A stretch of DNA of 64,000 nt from Tubulanus polymorphus (GCF_964204645.1 NC_134026.1:11245950-11309949); one strand, 5' to 3'; shown: positions 40,572 to 53,462, counted from the stretch's first letter. Program-made: numbers and translations. Notes: generated by a model from the letters alone, not told the origin.

Positions 40572-41708
40572 ATATTAATTGATCCTATTATTCGGGAGCA
40601 ATAAATCCGAATTGAAATGATTTGTCCATATCTTAGTCCTCAGACCTATCCTATCAGTTCCGCTGCGATCTATGCATCCATTCACCTTCCCGCCAATGAG
40701 GACTCTGCGTTCGACTGTGACAATCGAGAATTATACTCGTGGCAAGCAATGATCTACCAGGTCTCGCTAGTGTGCATTCGGACTCTGGTATTTCTTCTCA
40801 TATTCAATTAAAATCTATCCATAAATTCTCAAATTCCTTGAGTGGTGATTAGTAAAATTCACCTTATACATGAATCTAAATAAAGATCGTATGAGTTTAT
40901 TAAGAGGAGGCTAATTTTTTGTTAGGGAGGCTAAAAATCTAGATGAAAGTTTATTGAAATGCTAAAAATCTAGATGAATGTTCATTGAAAAACTAGATTA
41001 TGACAGGATTGTTGCACTGATGCGCACGCCATCTAGCTGGATAGATGGTGGCACGTAGTCCGCATTCACTCAGTGGCGGACTAATATCACCTTCTTTTGA
41101 CGGTCCGAACAATCATGATAAAACTATTGAATCGTTTCCGAAATAAAAACCTGTGATGTAAATGTATATTTGATTAACTGTATATTTAATTGTTTATCTA
41201 ATCTCACCGGGATGATAGAAGTTCCTACGTAGATCTCAAAAAGACATTGGTCTATTACATCGCCCCAGAGTTCATGGGTAGACAGGTAAAGTCTATATAT
41301 CTAGCCAATCAGATGCGTTGCATTGTTTTGATAGGGCGAATGTATTGATGAAAAAAATGTACCTTCAAGGCAGCGATTACAGATTTTCTGGGCAGCCGCG
41401 CCATGCTAATCAAAATTGAGGGAATTATAGAAACTAAAAGCGAGGATGCCCCAGAGCCTACTGCGGGATCGATTCGCATATCGTTTCGCATGTAAATATA
41501 TCATTTGAACACTCTTGTCGAAAGTAATGAAATAATTCAATTTAAATACCGGAAAATTTGTCACCTGCATGACCAACCAGACTCCGACTATAAGAGAGCG
41601 AGTTTTAATGTCAGTAAACACATGACGTCATTGTTCGTTCGAGATCCCACACCTTAAGGCTACGTACATCAAATCTGTATTTACTTCATTTGAAAATATG
41701 TATATTCT

Positions 41709-43742
41709 AAAATATGGCTGCAAAGCAGCGACAATGGGCTTCTGCCTTGCTGATTTAAATGTCGCACCGGGAAGTGTACAAAGATTTCACCAAAATAATT
41801 CTTATCAGTTTACATGCAACTATTTTGAAGGAGGGCGACACATATCCGCGATGTAGATCCACGAGGGCTACAACGCAAAAAGTACTGATGTACCTCAATT
41901 GTTTAGGTGCTTTCATAGTTCCTTTGGGAGTTGCATGAACTAATCGTACCCGTTGGCATATGGCACCGCGTATATGTACTTATACCATGTTTTTGCTGTG
42001 ATCAAGCTTTGAAACTGAATTAAACCACCTGTACTCAATAAATGCTAATTGATTTTAACATGCATTCGTGAAGCATTTTGATAATATCACATCATTAAAG
42101 ACCTTGATTTGTTCAAGAACTCAATCTTTTTCTGATTAGTTGACATTAAACAGAGATAAGATTTTATCTCTGTTAATTCGATAAAGACATCTGTTTTATT
42201 GAAACATTTGAATACATAATGCTGCTTTACAGCAATATTTTACATTTGATTTAAGATGTCATCTTGCTTAGGAGTCAGTTTGTCAAAGCATCGAACCAAT
42301 GCAGTCTAACTTGTTTACGTCTCGGTTGCAGCGTGGTCATTATATTGCTCACTTAAATCACTTACACAGCCCAATGTTTTTCAGTGTGTAAACTCCATCG
42401 AACTCTGCATTACAGGGACATAGAGTAATTGAATTTTAGGTACCTGAGCCCTCAACTTGATTCGAGCAATAGACCTTATATAAATATCAACTGACTTCAT
42501 AGAATTTGATTATGAGTAGGATTTTCTAAATTGCTGAATGCTTTCTGCTCTGGCTTTAATATCAATTCGAATTCAATCTTGAATACATAAAAATTAGTCA
42601 AATAAATTTTCATTTTATTGAAATAAATTCTACATTTTTGAAATGTTTGTTGATTTATCCAGGCGAAATAATTACAGCAAAATCAACTGACGATCAACAA
42701 GGTGAAGTTGTCATTTATCTTCGGATAATTTGTCTACCCCTGATGATACAAGCATTTTGGCTACACCTTTTGAAACCTCAACGCTTTACTACTCGCGCAA
42801 ATTAGTCAGCGAACAGTTGATTTTCATGCCAGCTAACCTCTTTCCACCTGTAATTAAGCAATCAAATGTAAGAATTACTCAGTTATGTAATATAATAGAG
42901 GTGTGAAAGAAAGTATACTAGATAGCTTAGGAGACCAATTCAAATCGTGCGTTTGTCATGAAACATCTATTACTACTGTCTCGCAGACAGGGACCGTTAA
43001 GCCATGTGGAATTGGTATTTCAAGGGCTATTCGGTTTACTCCAAAACAAGTCTCCGATGAACTCTTTAAAAAGCTTCATATCGAGGGTTTGTCGTAGGAC
43101 TCGTGATGGCCATCAATTATCATCCTATTATAACAATGAATCCAATTATGCATGTACGTTAGAATAACTGATTACTAATCCAAATATTTTAAACATGGCA
43201 TTAGAAAAAAAAATTACACAAAACGTCAAGTACTTACAGAGACAGTTGCGCGTAAGTTACGGCTTTGACTGCAAATGACAAAAAAGCTTGATTTGAAACG
43301 TACACTTGCACACTGCGGTTTAAATATATTCCCACCAGCTGCAAGAATCCGCAAAGGAATTGAAGACCGAAGTGACCAGTTCATTCCATGAACGATAGCT
43401 GGAAAGAAAGTAATCGAAATAAATAGTCATACACATGTGTGTAAATCAGCCCCTTACTAACTACTTAGGCTTTCCACTGGCTCTACACACTACATGATGG
43501 GCCTAAATCTTTTCTAGGCGTATCCCCCCAAAAGCTACACATTAAGTACTAATAGTAGGTAGCCAACAATGATCATTGCTTCGCCGAGTACTCATTGCTA
43601 CGATATGTACTCATATCATAGCACCACCCAGTGGAAAGGTGACATAAACTGCAGTTAGACCAAGAAATCATGTATAACATTCCCTGGTTAATGGATTCTC
43701 ACCTTAAATTACATAAACTCTGCTGTCGTTTGTCATCGATCC
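41709..43742 (-). mobile_element. Inverted, 5'-truncated copy of the 27521-29893 HINE-like element
   Basis: Colinear reverse complement of 28186-29893, plus an extra about 490 bp at 42560-43048. Confidence 0.9.
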
Positions 43743-46676
43743 CACAGGGGCTTGTATTTAAAGTTTGGGGGTGAACTGTAGCTTAGATCATCCAGTATCC
43801 CTGTACTACTATATATATAAAAAGAAAAGGGTGGAAACTCCTATACAGACACTTCGATTTAGAACTGCTGTAACTCCTCAAATATCCAAAGGATTTCGAT
43901 GAAATCTGTTTTAAACTGTTCAAAACATCCTATATTTTCTAAGTATCTCTACTTGGAGGCCATTTGATAACGTTTCACGACTCAAAATCGCGATTAAATG
44001 CGCCCGAGACCCCCAAAATATCCTGCACTGCAATTGCTTTGGCAGCAAAAATCCTCTCCCTTTCAACTTCAAGTGAAGAGCTCGTGGTGATTTCAGCGTC
44101 TAAATCCAACAAACGATACATCAATCGAAGCACAACATCTTATGTTATGCTCATAACCGGAATTCATCAAATGAACGTATTCTGAGTTTGGGAGAGCAAA
44201 ATTTGCAGAAAAACGGAAAGCTAATCGGTAAGATACAAATGCAAATTCAAATTCAATTTGATTGCGCAAAATTTCAGGAAACCACTTCAAAATGACTAAT
44301 TAATCCCGTTATATCATTGAAATTGTATTCTATGTGGTTCTTATCAAAGGGATTGTATTCTGAACTACCAAAACCGTCGCGAATATATTCATCAGTTAGT
44401 TAGCGCATTCATAAGTTAGCGCAATAAAATTGAATGTGAATTTGCATTTGTATCTAACCGATTAGCTTTATTGTAAATTTTTGTTGAATTCAAACAAAAG
44501 CAGGTAAATTGGATCGCACAAATAGCTACATGTTTTTAGATAATATCCCTTTATTGCATGAGCAAAGACCGGGGTTGCTATGATTATAACTTTTGGTTCC
44601 ACTAGGCAAAAAGCAACCTTAGATTTGTACACATATGTGTACACTATGCACACATAGGGAAAAAAGAAGAAAAAAATTACAGAAAAAAATTGCTGTGCTG
44701 TTGGATACCATCTCGCCTGCACCATGCTGTATCACCACTTCATCTGATGCTACTAAAAAGTACTAAATATGTCAACGTGTAAAAATACATTCAAGGGACT
44801 AGAACAGAGAATTTATAAAAATATTTGCGAAATTAATTGCCCATGGGAAAAGTGTGGTTTACCTTGAAAGCTAGAGAGGTTGTTTGGAGAGCAAGGACAT
44901 TTTTTATGAAAATTATTTTAAATTCGTGACTTCAAAGTTCTATAACTTTATATTGTATTTTACCTTTTATCTAATCAATTATGTTTTTCTTCACCCGTAA
45001 ATAGTGTTGATTATGACTCATTTTGTTACTTGTTTATCTCCTATATTGTATATACTTGATTTTACCGTAAATGTATCAGTTGCAAACAACGTTTTTTTTA
45101 ATGTTTTTGCATACATGTACTGCGATAGGCCTTACTCACACGTACAGGCCTATGCATGTATATGCTGGTGCTTGCAGCAGGCGCAGTGAATTTCTGATTC
45201 ATTCCTGAGATTGATTTACAAAAAAATTACACATTGAATTATTCTAATAATATTAATGATTTTCCAGTTAATTTTTGTTCATACAGTAATTAATCTTTAG
45301 ATTGTTTATCGCTATAGGCCTGCTGATATTGCGTCATCTATCAAGTAAATAACTAATGAACTAGCTAACGATTCCCTTATGTTAATGTTTTCCACCATAT
45401 GATCCTGAAAGTCTGAGGTAACGGGACCAGGGTAGGCCGTATTCATAAAAAAATCCATGAAATATTAGGCCAGAATCCTTCGTTGACTCGAGTAGGCCGA
45501 AGACACGTATGCTGTGTCTTTACTGTGCATTTTAATTCTTTGACGCCGTATAAATAGTAACCAGCACAAAAGTGTTTTCACATTGATACCAAGAAATCTA
45601 AGCGGTGTAATGATCTGCGGTAAGGGTTTTTGTTGGCATGTCTCAAAAAGACTCAGTTTCTACCTGACAATTTTGGGATATTGACAAACATTAAAGCAAT
45701 TCAATTCTGCCCTTGAAAAGAATCATAGTAACTTCCTACTATTTACCAATTGATAAGATTGACTGTGACAAAACTTTCTTTGCTTCCTAGTACTGGCATT
45801 CACACTGGCAAGGCAGAAAACCAGTCATCAGTTCTTGGCTTCTTTCTCTTTTTACACATTTTCCGCTAAAAATACATCACTGCCTGCGATAAAATCACGT
45901 GTAGCAGCTCCTTTTTGCTCTCACGAAACCAAAGATTTTCCTCCGACTGATTCCAGAGTTGTTGATGAGAATGATGCAGAGACGTTTGTGAATGTCTTGT
46001 GCATGTTTTGTGGATATGAATCCGAGACGACTCTAAGTGTAGTATTTCAAAAGAACATTATCCATAAGCATACATTTCACAGCATGGACTTGTATACATT
46101 GTGTGGATATGCCTTGTTACTCATCAACAACATTATAGTTTTTGAGATTCACTCACTCAACTTAGCAAGGACTTGAAATAGGTTTTGATCAATTCATAAC
46201 AGTCACCCCGTATCAACAAGGCGTAGCCATCGTGCTGGCAGCCATTTCATAAATAGTTAACATATTAACAAAAGGAGGATCATTTAACCCTCGTCACAGT
46301 TAATCCTGATCTATTCGAAATAAGGAAGATCAAATAATTGATTTATTTTTGGATTGTGATATTGAATTCTGTGTATATCTGAGACCTGGCCTATATATTG
46401 TACTAAATATGAACCTCACCTCGGCATGAACTCGATCGGCATGGATACGAAATGCATTCCTCGCGAGGGAACTAGTGGAGGAGGAGTTGCAATTTTATAT
46501 AGAAAAAATGTCATGCCAGGGTTCACCGCTTGTGACCAGTTATTACAGTTTTTGAAAATATGTAGTTACAGTTTCGTGTGCATGAACATTAAGATTTGAT
46601 TAATCGTTTCGGCCACAACTATTTAAGAAGAACCAGGTTAAGGGACTGTGAATAGGATATGCAATAACTCTCAATT

Positions 46677-47445
46677 GGTTTACCGAAACACCCCACTATT
46701 CCGACACCCCACTAGTCAGACACTAGGCACGCATCCTACCATTAAATCATGCTGGGATTTTACACCAGTTATCAAAAAGTTAACAAACTGTTAAGAAAGG
46801 GCGAAAAGCGTTGTAAGTGGAATGTGTAGCCCATCACGAGCCTCATGACATCAAGAAACGGAAGCTATCTGTGGAAAACTTTTGTACTGAGCATGGCCAC
46901 CAGACCATAATAAAATTTGTTCAAAAGAAGGGGTCGAATTGTGTCATTAAATTTTAGTGTTTGGCCTGATCAGGTGGTAGGCTTAAAAGAAGACATTCGG
47001 ATGGGTCTTACTGCAGAAATTATTTTCTCGGGTGATTTAATGATAATAATAATAATAATAATGATAATTTATTATCTTGAGATATGTATAGTGCAATGTC
47101 TACAAATTAATATTTGCACTTAACGTGAGATTAGGAAATAGAACATGAAATATTAAAAATGCAATTCTAGGTGAAAAACATTGATATTACAAAAATTATC
47201 GACTTGTTAAAAAAATTAAGACAAATAGGTTCATATTGAGTACTCGGGTTTGATTTAAAAATCTCGATTGTAGGATTGTTGTATCTAGAGGCTGAACATT
47301 CCAAAGTGCAGAAGCAGCAAATTTTAAAGCTATTTGATGGTAGATAGCGCTGAATGAGAAATTTCAAAAATACATTTCTATGGTACGTCGGATAAGTGGG
47401 GTCTAGTGTCGGACTTGTGGGGCGTCGGACTAGTGGGGTGTAACC
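46677..47445. mobile_element. MITE with (ccccactagtccgaca) subterminal repeats
   Basis: caccccactattccgacaccccactagtcagacac left; gtgtcggacttgtggggcgtcggactagtggggtgtaacc right. Confidence 0.7.
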
Positions 47446-49473
47446 ATCATGATAGATATTAAGCTCCATATCCATGATTTGTTCAGTCGATAGAATGAAG
47501 GTTTTGGAGCTGCTTTTCACACTTACAGCGGTCAGTCACAGAACCAACCTATCAGGTTGATCATATTTTGGATGTCATCATATCCTGAAATGAGCCTGCA
47601 TTAATCGATGAAGTTACCGTGTTAATAATTATCTAGTCACGTGTAATCTTGAGTACTCTAAGCCGCCTTTGCGTCTTCGAATGGCTACTAGGAAGCTGAG
47701 GTTGAGACATTCAAATGCACTCAAGTTTGATACTGTTATAGATGTCTCTGAAGCAGTAAATGTATATATTTACACTCACGACTCTGCTAAACAAACCAGC
47801 TCCGAGGTACCAATAAGGTACCAATATTATAAGGAATACTAAGTCATTCTACTATTTAACGCCCCCTGGTATATGCTTAGGTACGAACATAATATAGAAA
47901 TACTAAGTTATATACAAACACGAATTACCATCAAGCTCACCACAATTATAGATCATGTAATGAGCTACAACTTTCCAAATGATTGTGGTAACATAATATG
48001 CTTATAGGTATCAATATAATGTGGACAAACTTTTCCATCTACGAATGAGTACTGATGACAGCAAGATGGCCGCCAATTGCGTGATAATTGGCAGATAAAA
48101 AATACATGCCTCAGGGGATTTCTTTCCAAAGAATATCTCATCACAAATTACAATAGAAAATGGTGGACCATTGGGAAGCTACAGGACTCAGGCCAAATTT
48201 GACATTTTTTGACACAAAAAAGGTCATAGGATGGCCATTGAGCCCGATCGACCAAATTTGTCATGCTGATGGGCCCTTTGGGGATTCGAATAGATACGAA
48301 AGATCAAGGTAATTGATCAAAACGTCTTCAAAATTTCTCTCAAAAACTTCAAAAATGTGTAATAAGTTGTGATTTTGGCGAACAACAATGACTGCCAGTC
48401 GGCCATTATGATTCTGACAGGGCCAGTTTTTGGGGCTGAAGATGTGTCTAGTGTAGATGCATATAACCCAAATATTAAGCATATTAATTATTACATTGAA
48501 GCGTCTTTAAAACTTCCGGAAATTAATTGGATTCCGTGTACGGACGGACGGACGAAAAGTAAACGCAATAGCCCGCTAAAAACCGATTATATAGGTGAGC
48601 CTTTTAATTTGAATTCATTCATCATTAATCAAATTGGTAGTTTAGTGTGTGATTTCTTTACTTACGGATGTTATACAGAATCCCGAGTAGATGATTTCGA
48701 ATGATGAAGAGCAACGATAATTGGCATAGCCAATGACTCGATTGACATTGGTTATTGCTAAATGATCATACGATTCCGTGATTGCTTTTAGTGTGGATTT
48801 TTGAACCTCTGAAATTGAAAAAGTGCTAAATTTGAAAAAAAAGACTTTCCTGGAATAAATTGTATCTTTGTAATTTCAGCTTGATACGAGCACGAAAGTT
48901 GTCTACAATAACACTAAAACTCCATTGAGTGCATTTTACGTACACCGCCTAGGGCCATAAAAACCAGCATCGCGAACCCGTTATCGCCGCTTTGCATCTA
49001 TATCCATTATTATTCTGTTTTCACACTGCATCTGACTGATAGAATATAGATCATCGCAACTTAATTTCATCGTCGGTAAAATCATGGCGTATCAAAAGTT
49101 CTATGGTGCGTAGACAAACACTGCACATTTTAAAAAAAATCAAAACCCCACTCTTTCGTCAAGCCACTAAACACGACCATTTAAGGCGCACTCAAACCTT
49201 ATCCATTTGGACTATGCATATATGAACATGTATACTGTGCACCAGTCACACTATAAAATACCTGTAACTCACTTATACTCGTCATACATACCATTTTTTC
49301 AAAATTGGTATCCAAATGCATCAGCCTATACTTATTTGGAAAATTAGAAGGTATAACTAACTTAAACTTATTTGCTGAACCTCTTTATCGCTGATTTGCA
49401 GGTTTATTTCGGATGTGTTTGACACGAGAAACTTATAAACGATCATCATGAATATTTTAGGATGTATTTAATT

Positions 49474-50870
49474 AGGGGTTTCTGTTACATCACAGAAAAC
49501 CCTATTGATATTCGCGTTTTTATTATTATTATTTGACAATTGACGTCAAAACTGCAAAGGCTTTCTTACCTTACCGCTGTTTTCGATACAATCCGTTTTA
49601 TTTCATTTAGCTCACTTCGATCTACAAATACTGCATGGGAATTTTGATGAATCAACGTTGAATCAATTTGAAAAAATCGTTAGGACAAAGTTGTTTTCGT
49701 TCGAACAAACTTTTTGTCTATACGAAATGTTTTTCATTCGAACAGAATCGTTTTCATTCTCTTGTCAGAATGTTAAGTTTTCCGCTCGAACAAGTATATT
49801 GTAAAAAGTTTTTCAATCGAACCGAATTATTTTCATTCAAACATTTGTTCGAAACAAAATTGTTTTCACTCGCCAAAAATTTTTCACGTCGACAATAACA
49901 TAGCTTTTTATTCCAACCATTTCTTTTTTCTCAGAACAAAGAAGATTTTTCGTTCGAACAAAAAGCATATTGTTCCATCAAACGGAATTGTTTTTCATTC
50001 GAACAAGATTTTCTTGTCGGAACATAAAGTTTTTTGTTCGAACAGATATATTGTTCAATCGTTTTTCGTTCAAAAGAGCAAAATTCAGGTGGAACTAAAT
50101 AGTCTTTTCGTTACAATGAGTAATCTTTATTCGAACAAAATAATCTTCTCATTCGAGCACAAAGGTATAATCTGAACCTGGGTTTTCTTTGTATCCAATA
50201 TCCATATCACGCCTTTCAGGTTAAAGCCCATCTTCCATGTTTCTGACCATGAACGGAACACAGCTTGTTTAGGTCGTTTTGGAAATAGACCCTGTCCGGT
50301 ACAATTTGAATTAGGTCGTTTTGGAAATATACTCTGTCAGGTACATTTTGAATTACTCTGTTTATCATCTACCAGGAGAGCGAAGAGAAGACGTCTTAGG
50401 ATACTACCTTGCGTGACTCCACTAGCTCGACCGATTTATTCCAAGATGAAACAGTTTCGTTGAATTCGGCCACCTGCTTTCGTTCAGAGAAATTTGCTGA
50501 GCCATTTAAGCGACCCATAATTGATACCGTTTCCGAAAGGCTTATTAAGTTATCGCTGATGTTGGACCTTATCAAATGCTTTTTTGAAATCCATAGAGAC
50601 TAATTGAGGTCTAACAGTCGATATTCCAGAGTCAAATAACTATCTGGTCCAGTCATCCATGGTTTCAAAGTAGGCCTCATTGACTGTTTGTCAACCGTCC
50701 TTTTATAAAACCGTGTTGACAGTTGAACAGATTCTAAATTTCCTTCGATTTTTATGGCATGGTGCGGCTGCATCAGCGTACACGCGATCGTTGATACATT
50801 ATCCAGACAAGATCAAAAATACGAACGAGAATGTGCAGAAAAACCGTTATCGCTTCTTTGCAGCTATATT
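49474..50870 (+). mobile_element. Probable HINE-like element
   Basis: 5' hairpin aggggtttctg...cagaaaaccct (49474-49503); 3' terminus gcagaaaaaccgttatcgcttctttgcagctatatt (50835-50870); internal degenerate ttcgaaca repeats 49680-50160. Pairing of the two ends is inferred. Confidence 0.55.
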
Positions 50871-51170
50871 CTATATTTGTAATATGCCTCTCCATTCGTC
50901 CCCTGGGGGCATTTTAGATTTTTCAAGTACAAAAGTTGGTTGAGAAAAATTTTTAAATATCAGCTTGACATGATAATATTGGGTACACAGGTACTTTTAT
51001 CAAATAAAACTCTAATGAGGTTTCTGTGCCTTCCGCTAGGGGTACTATAGAAAAATACCTATATCTCAATTATTCTTGAACCAATCATTACCACAGTCGG
51101 TATCTGGATTTTTCTACAAGGCTATTACTTATCAAAAAATGAGGACATATGGCAACTTTAGCCAAGTTGA

Positions 51171-51203
51171 GGAAACTCTATATCGCTACTTCGCAGCTAT
51201 ATT
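51171..51203 (+). mobile_element. HINE-like 3' terminus just upstream of the GPCR exon
   Basis: ggaaactctatatcgctacttcgcagctatatt. Confidence 0.6.
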
Positions 51204-51218
51204 CAAAAGTTTGTTGAA

Positions 51219-51243
51219 ATTTTCTCCTATTTTATCTCTTCAG
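51219..51243 (+). promoter_or_regulatory. 3' splice acceptor directly abutting the GPCR ATG
   Basis: Polypyrimidine tract ttttctcctattttatctctt followed by CAG|ATG. Confidence 0.7.
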
Positions 51244-52494
51244 ATGTCGCCCAGAGGAGAATTCAACAAGTCATATTTCATGGCTCTAGAAGAGGGATTC
51301 AACCGTACCTATTTTACATTCTACAGCGAGTTCAACCGACAGTATCATCATGTAAAATGGGTAGAAGTATTCTTTTTGTGCGGATTGTGTTTGTGGTCGG
51401 TCGTTGGCAACTCATTACTCATAACCGTCGTATTGCGGTGCAAACCACTGCGAACTGTAATGAACTTTTTCGTGATAAACCTTGCAGCCAGTGATATGTG
51501 TTTTACGATAGTGGGTCCGATAATCGCGATCGCCCGAGTAAAAGAAACTTGGATAATGGGTACGTTCATGTGCAGCCTGATAGCATACGGACAGACTTTG
51601 TGCGGGGTTGTCTCCATGTGGATGATGACCCTGGTGAGCATCGATCGCCATCGATACATTTGCGGCACCGGCCGAAACAACATCACTACAAAATCGGCTA
51701 AACTGATGATATTCTTAACCTGGGTTATTGCTGCCGCTGCGTTCATCCCACTGGCTTTGTTTTTCCACGTAAAACAGTTCCCTTTTGGGACGTCTAGCGT
51801 TACCATTTGCACACTAATGTGGCCGACAAAAGAAATCAAGATGTCCTGTATATTCGTACTTATTGTCTGTATTCTTGGATTCATCGTGCCGTTGATCGTT
51901 ATTATTTTCAACTATGTCCAAATATTCAAGAAGTTTTCGTCCAAACGCGAAGAGACTGCGTTACGGCGTCTGTCATCTTCAGCTGAGCCCCCTGCCGTTC
52001 AGGAATCAGACGACAAAGACACAGAAGAAGATCAAGTATCACGTGACGCGAAGGATTATCAACTTGTAAGAATGACAGCGATGGTCGTGGGAACATTCAT
52101 CGTCATGTGGACACCACTTTGCATCATATTCCTAGTAGTTCTCTTCGATGGATACGGCTATAACGGCGGGCGGATGGCCATCAAGTCTTGGAGTTTCATC
52201 TTTGCAATATGTCTCGCTTTCACTAACTCGTGTATGAATCCCGTGATTTATTTCACGTTCAACCAGAAATTTCGAAGTGGTTTAAAAATGTCATGGCATT
52301 CGTTCTCGAAACCAACGGATGACAATGGTGTAGCATTTGAGTCTTTACCAGTTGCCTCCCCACCGCACAAAAACGGTCGCATCGGCGAAGAAAACTTAAA
52401 CGACGCACCCGGCGGCGAAGAAAACTTAAACGACGCACCCGGCAACCGGCAGATTGAAGAATCAGACAATTCGAACATCGAAACCAGATCATGA
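51244..52494 (+). CDS. FFAR4-like: Class A GPCR, free fatty acid receptor 4 (GPR120)-like, 416 aa, single coding exon
   Basis: Seven hydrophobic segments with GN, NLAASD, DRH, W4.50, GFIVP, MWTP, NSCMNPVIY. Family-like motifs vs human FFAR4 recalled from memory: NRTYFTFYSE ~ NRTRFPFFSD, ARVKETWIMG ~ VRWTEAWLLG, ICTLMWPT ~ ICTLIWPT, DYQLVR ~ DFRLFR. Confidence 0.9.
   Translation: MSPRGEFNKSYFMALEEGFNRTYFTFYSEFNRQYHHVKWVEVFFLCGLCLWSVVGNSLLITVVLRCKPLRTVMNFFVINLAASDMCFTIVGPIIAIARVKETWIMGTFMCSLIAYGQTLCGVVSMWMMTLVSIDRHRYICGTGRNNITTKSAKLMIFLTWVIAAAAFIPLALFFHVKQFPFGTSSVTICTLMWPTKEIKMSCIFVLIVCILGFIVPLIVIIFNYVQIFKKFSSKREETALRRLSSSAEPPAVQESDDKDTEEDQVSRDAKDYQLVRMTAMVVGTFIVMWTPLCIIFLVVLFDGYGYNGGRMAIKSWSFIFAICLAFTNSCMNPVIYFTFNQKFRSGLKMSWHSFSKPTDDNGVAFESLPVASPPHKNGRIGEENLNDAPGGEENLNDAPGNRQIEESDNSNIETRS
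52383..52443 (+). repeat. In-frame 30-bp tandem duplication in the GPCR C-tail
   Basis: cggcgaagaaaacttaaacgacgcacccgg x2, perfect; GEENLNDAPG twice. Confidence 0.95.
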
Positions 52495-52729
52495 TCACTA
52501 TCCACAGTTTCGAAGATTTATCAAGTTGTTTAAGAATTACAAACGAGTTGCAGAAATACTCAAAGATTTCCAAGGTCCAAACAGTCTCTTCATGTTACTA
52601 ATACAGTGGCATTATTGGGCAAAGGAACCGCTCTATTGATACCAAGGATCCCTCCTCTATTTGTGGTGACCGCTATTCCTAATCATCATCATCGTCATCG
52701 TTGTGGACTTGGGACTACACTATTAGATA

Positions 52730-52735
52730 AATAAA
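52730..52735 (+). promoter_or_regulatory. Candidate polyadenylation signal of the GPCR
   Basis: AATAAA about 235 nt after the stop, T-rich sequence downstream. Confidence 0.4.
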
Positions 52736-53375
52736 GTGCGCATAAAATGACGTTTTATTATTTGGACCTGAAATAAACTACGAGTACACGACAGCGATTT
52801 TAACAGCTCCATCGATCCCGCGAAGGATAAGGTCAAATAAACTAAAGACGCACGCACATGACGAAACTCAAAGCTGAAGGCTGGTGATAAATTGATATAC
52901 TTTTTGACAAAAAGCTGAGCCTTATTATTAAGGACACATGTATGAATGACATCGAATATTATGAGATTCAGTCATCAAATTGTCAGATGAGTGTATGGCG
53001 AGTCTTATTGGCTACAAACTGTCAAGAGACGCATGTACTCACATGTAAAGTACCGTATGATACTAAATCACGTCGCTACTTGTTTCTAATGGCCTACATC
53101 ACCGAAGGCTCCTCTACAAACGTAGATACTTGCACATTCGTTGGAATGGCCAGAATAAAGGCTTACTTCAAAATTACCAAATTGACCGAAGACACTCGAG
53201 TTCCTATCGGGCAGTTAAGAAACAGTCGTGCGTCGAAGACAGATTAATAAGGCCAATGTGTCATGCATAATCTTTCAATGTTATATATTCTATACATGGA
53301 AGGTCGTCGAGGTTCTACATGTACTAAGTGAATATTTTTATATCTTCGATTCTTTTTCGTTGTGTAATTGTTACA

Positions 53376-53462
53376 TATATGTACGTATATATATGTATAT
53401 GTATATGTATATGTATACGTATACGTATACGTATACGTATACGTTTACGTATACGTATATAT
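53376..53462. repeat. Compound microsatellite (TATATG)n(TATACG)n
   Basis: Directly visible. Confidence 0.95.

Noticed and set aside
51076-51243. 56-aa N-terminal extension of the GPCR in the ORF track
   Set aside because: Starts at TTG, crosses a transposon terminus and a splice acceptor; FFAR4-like similarity begins at the ATG at 51244.
51348-51911. 187-aa antisense ORF
   Set aside because: Shadow frame of the hydrophobic GPCR coding strand.
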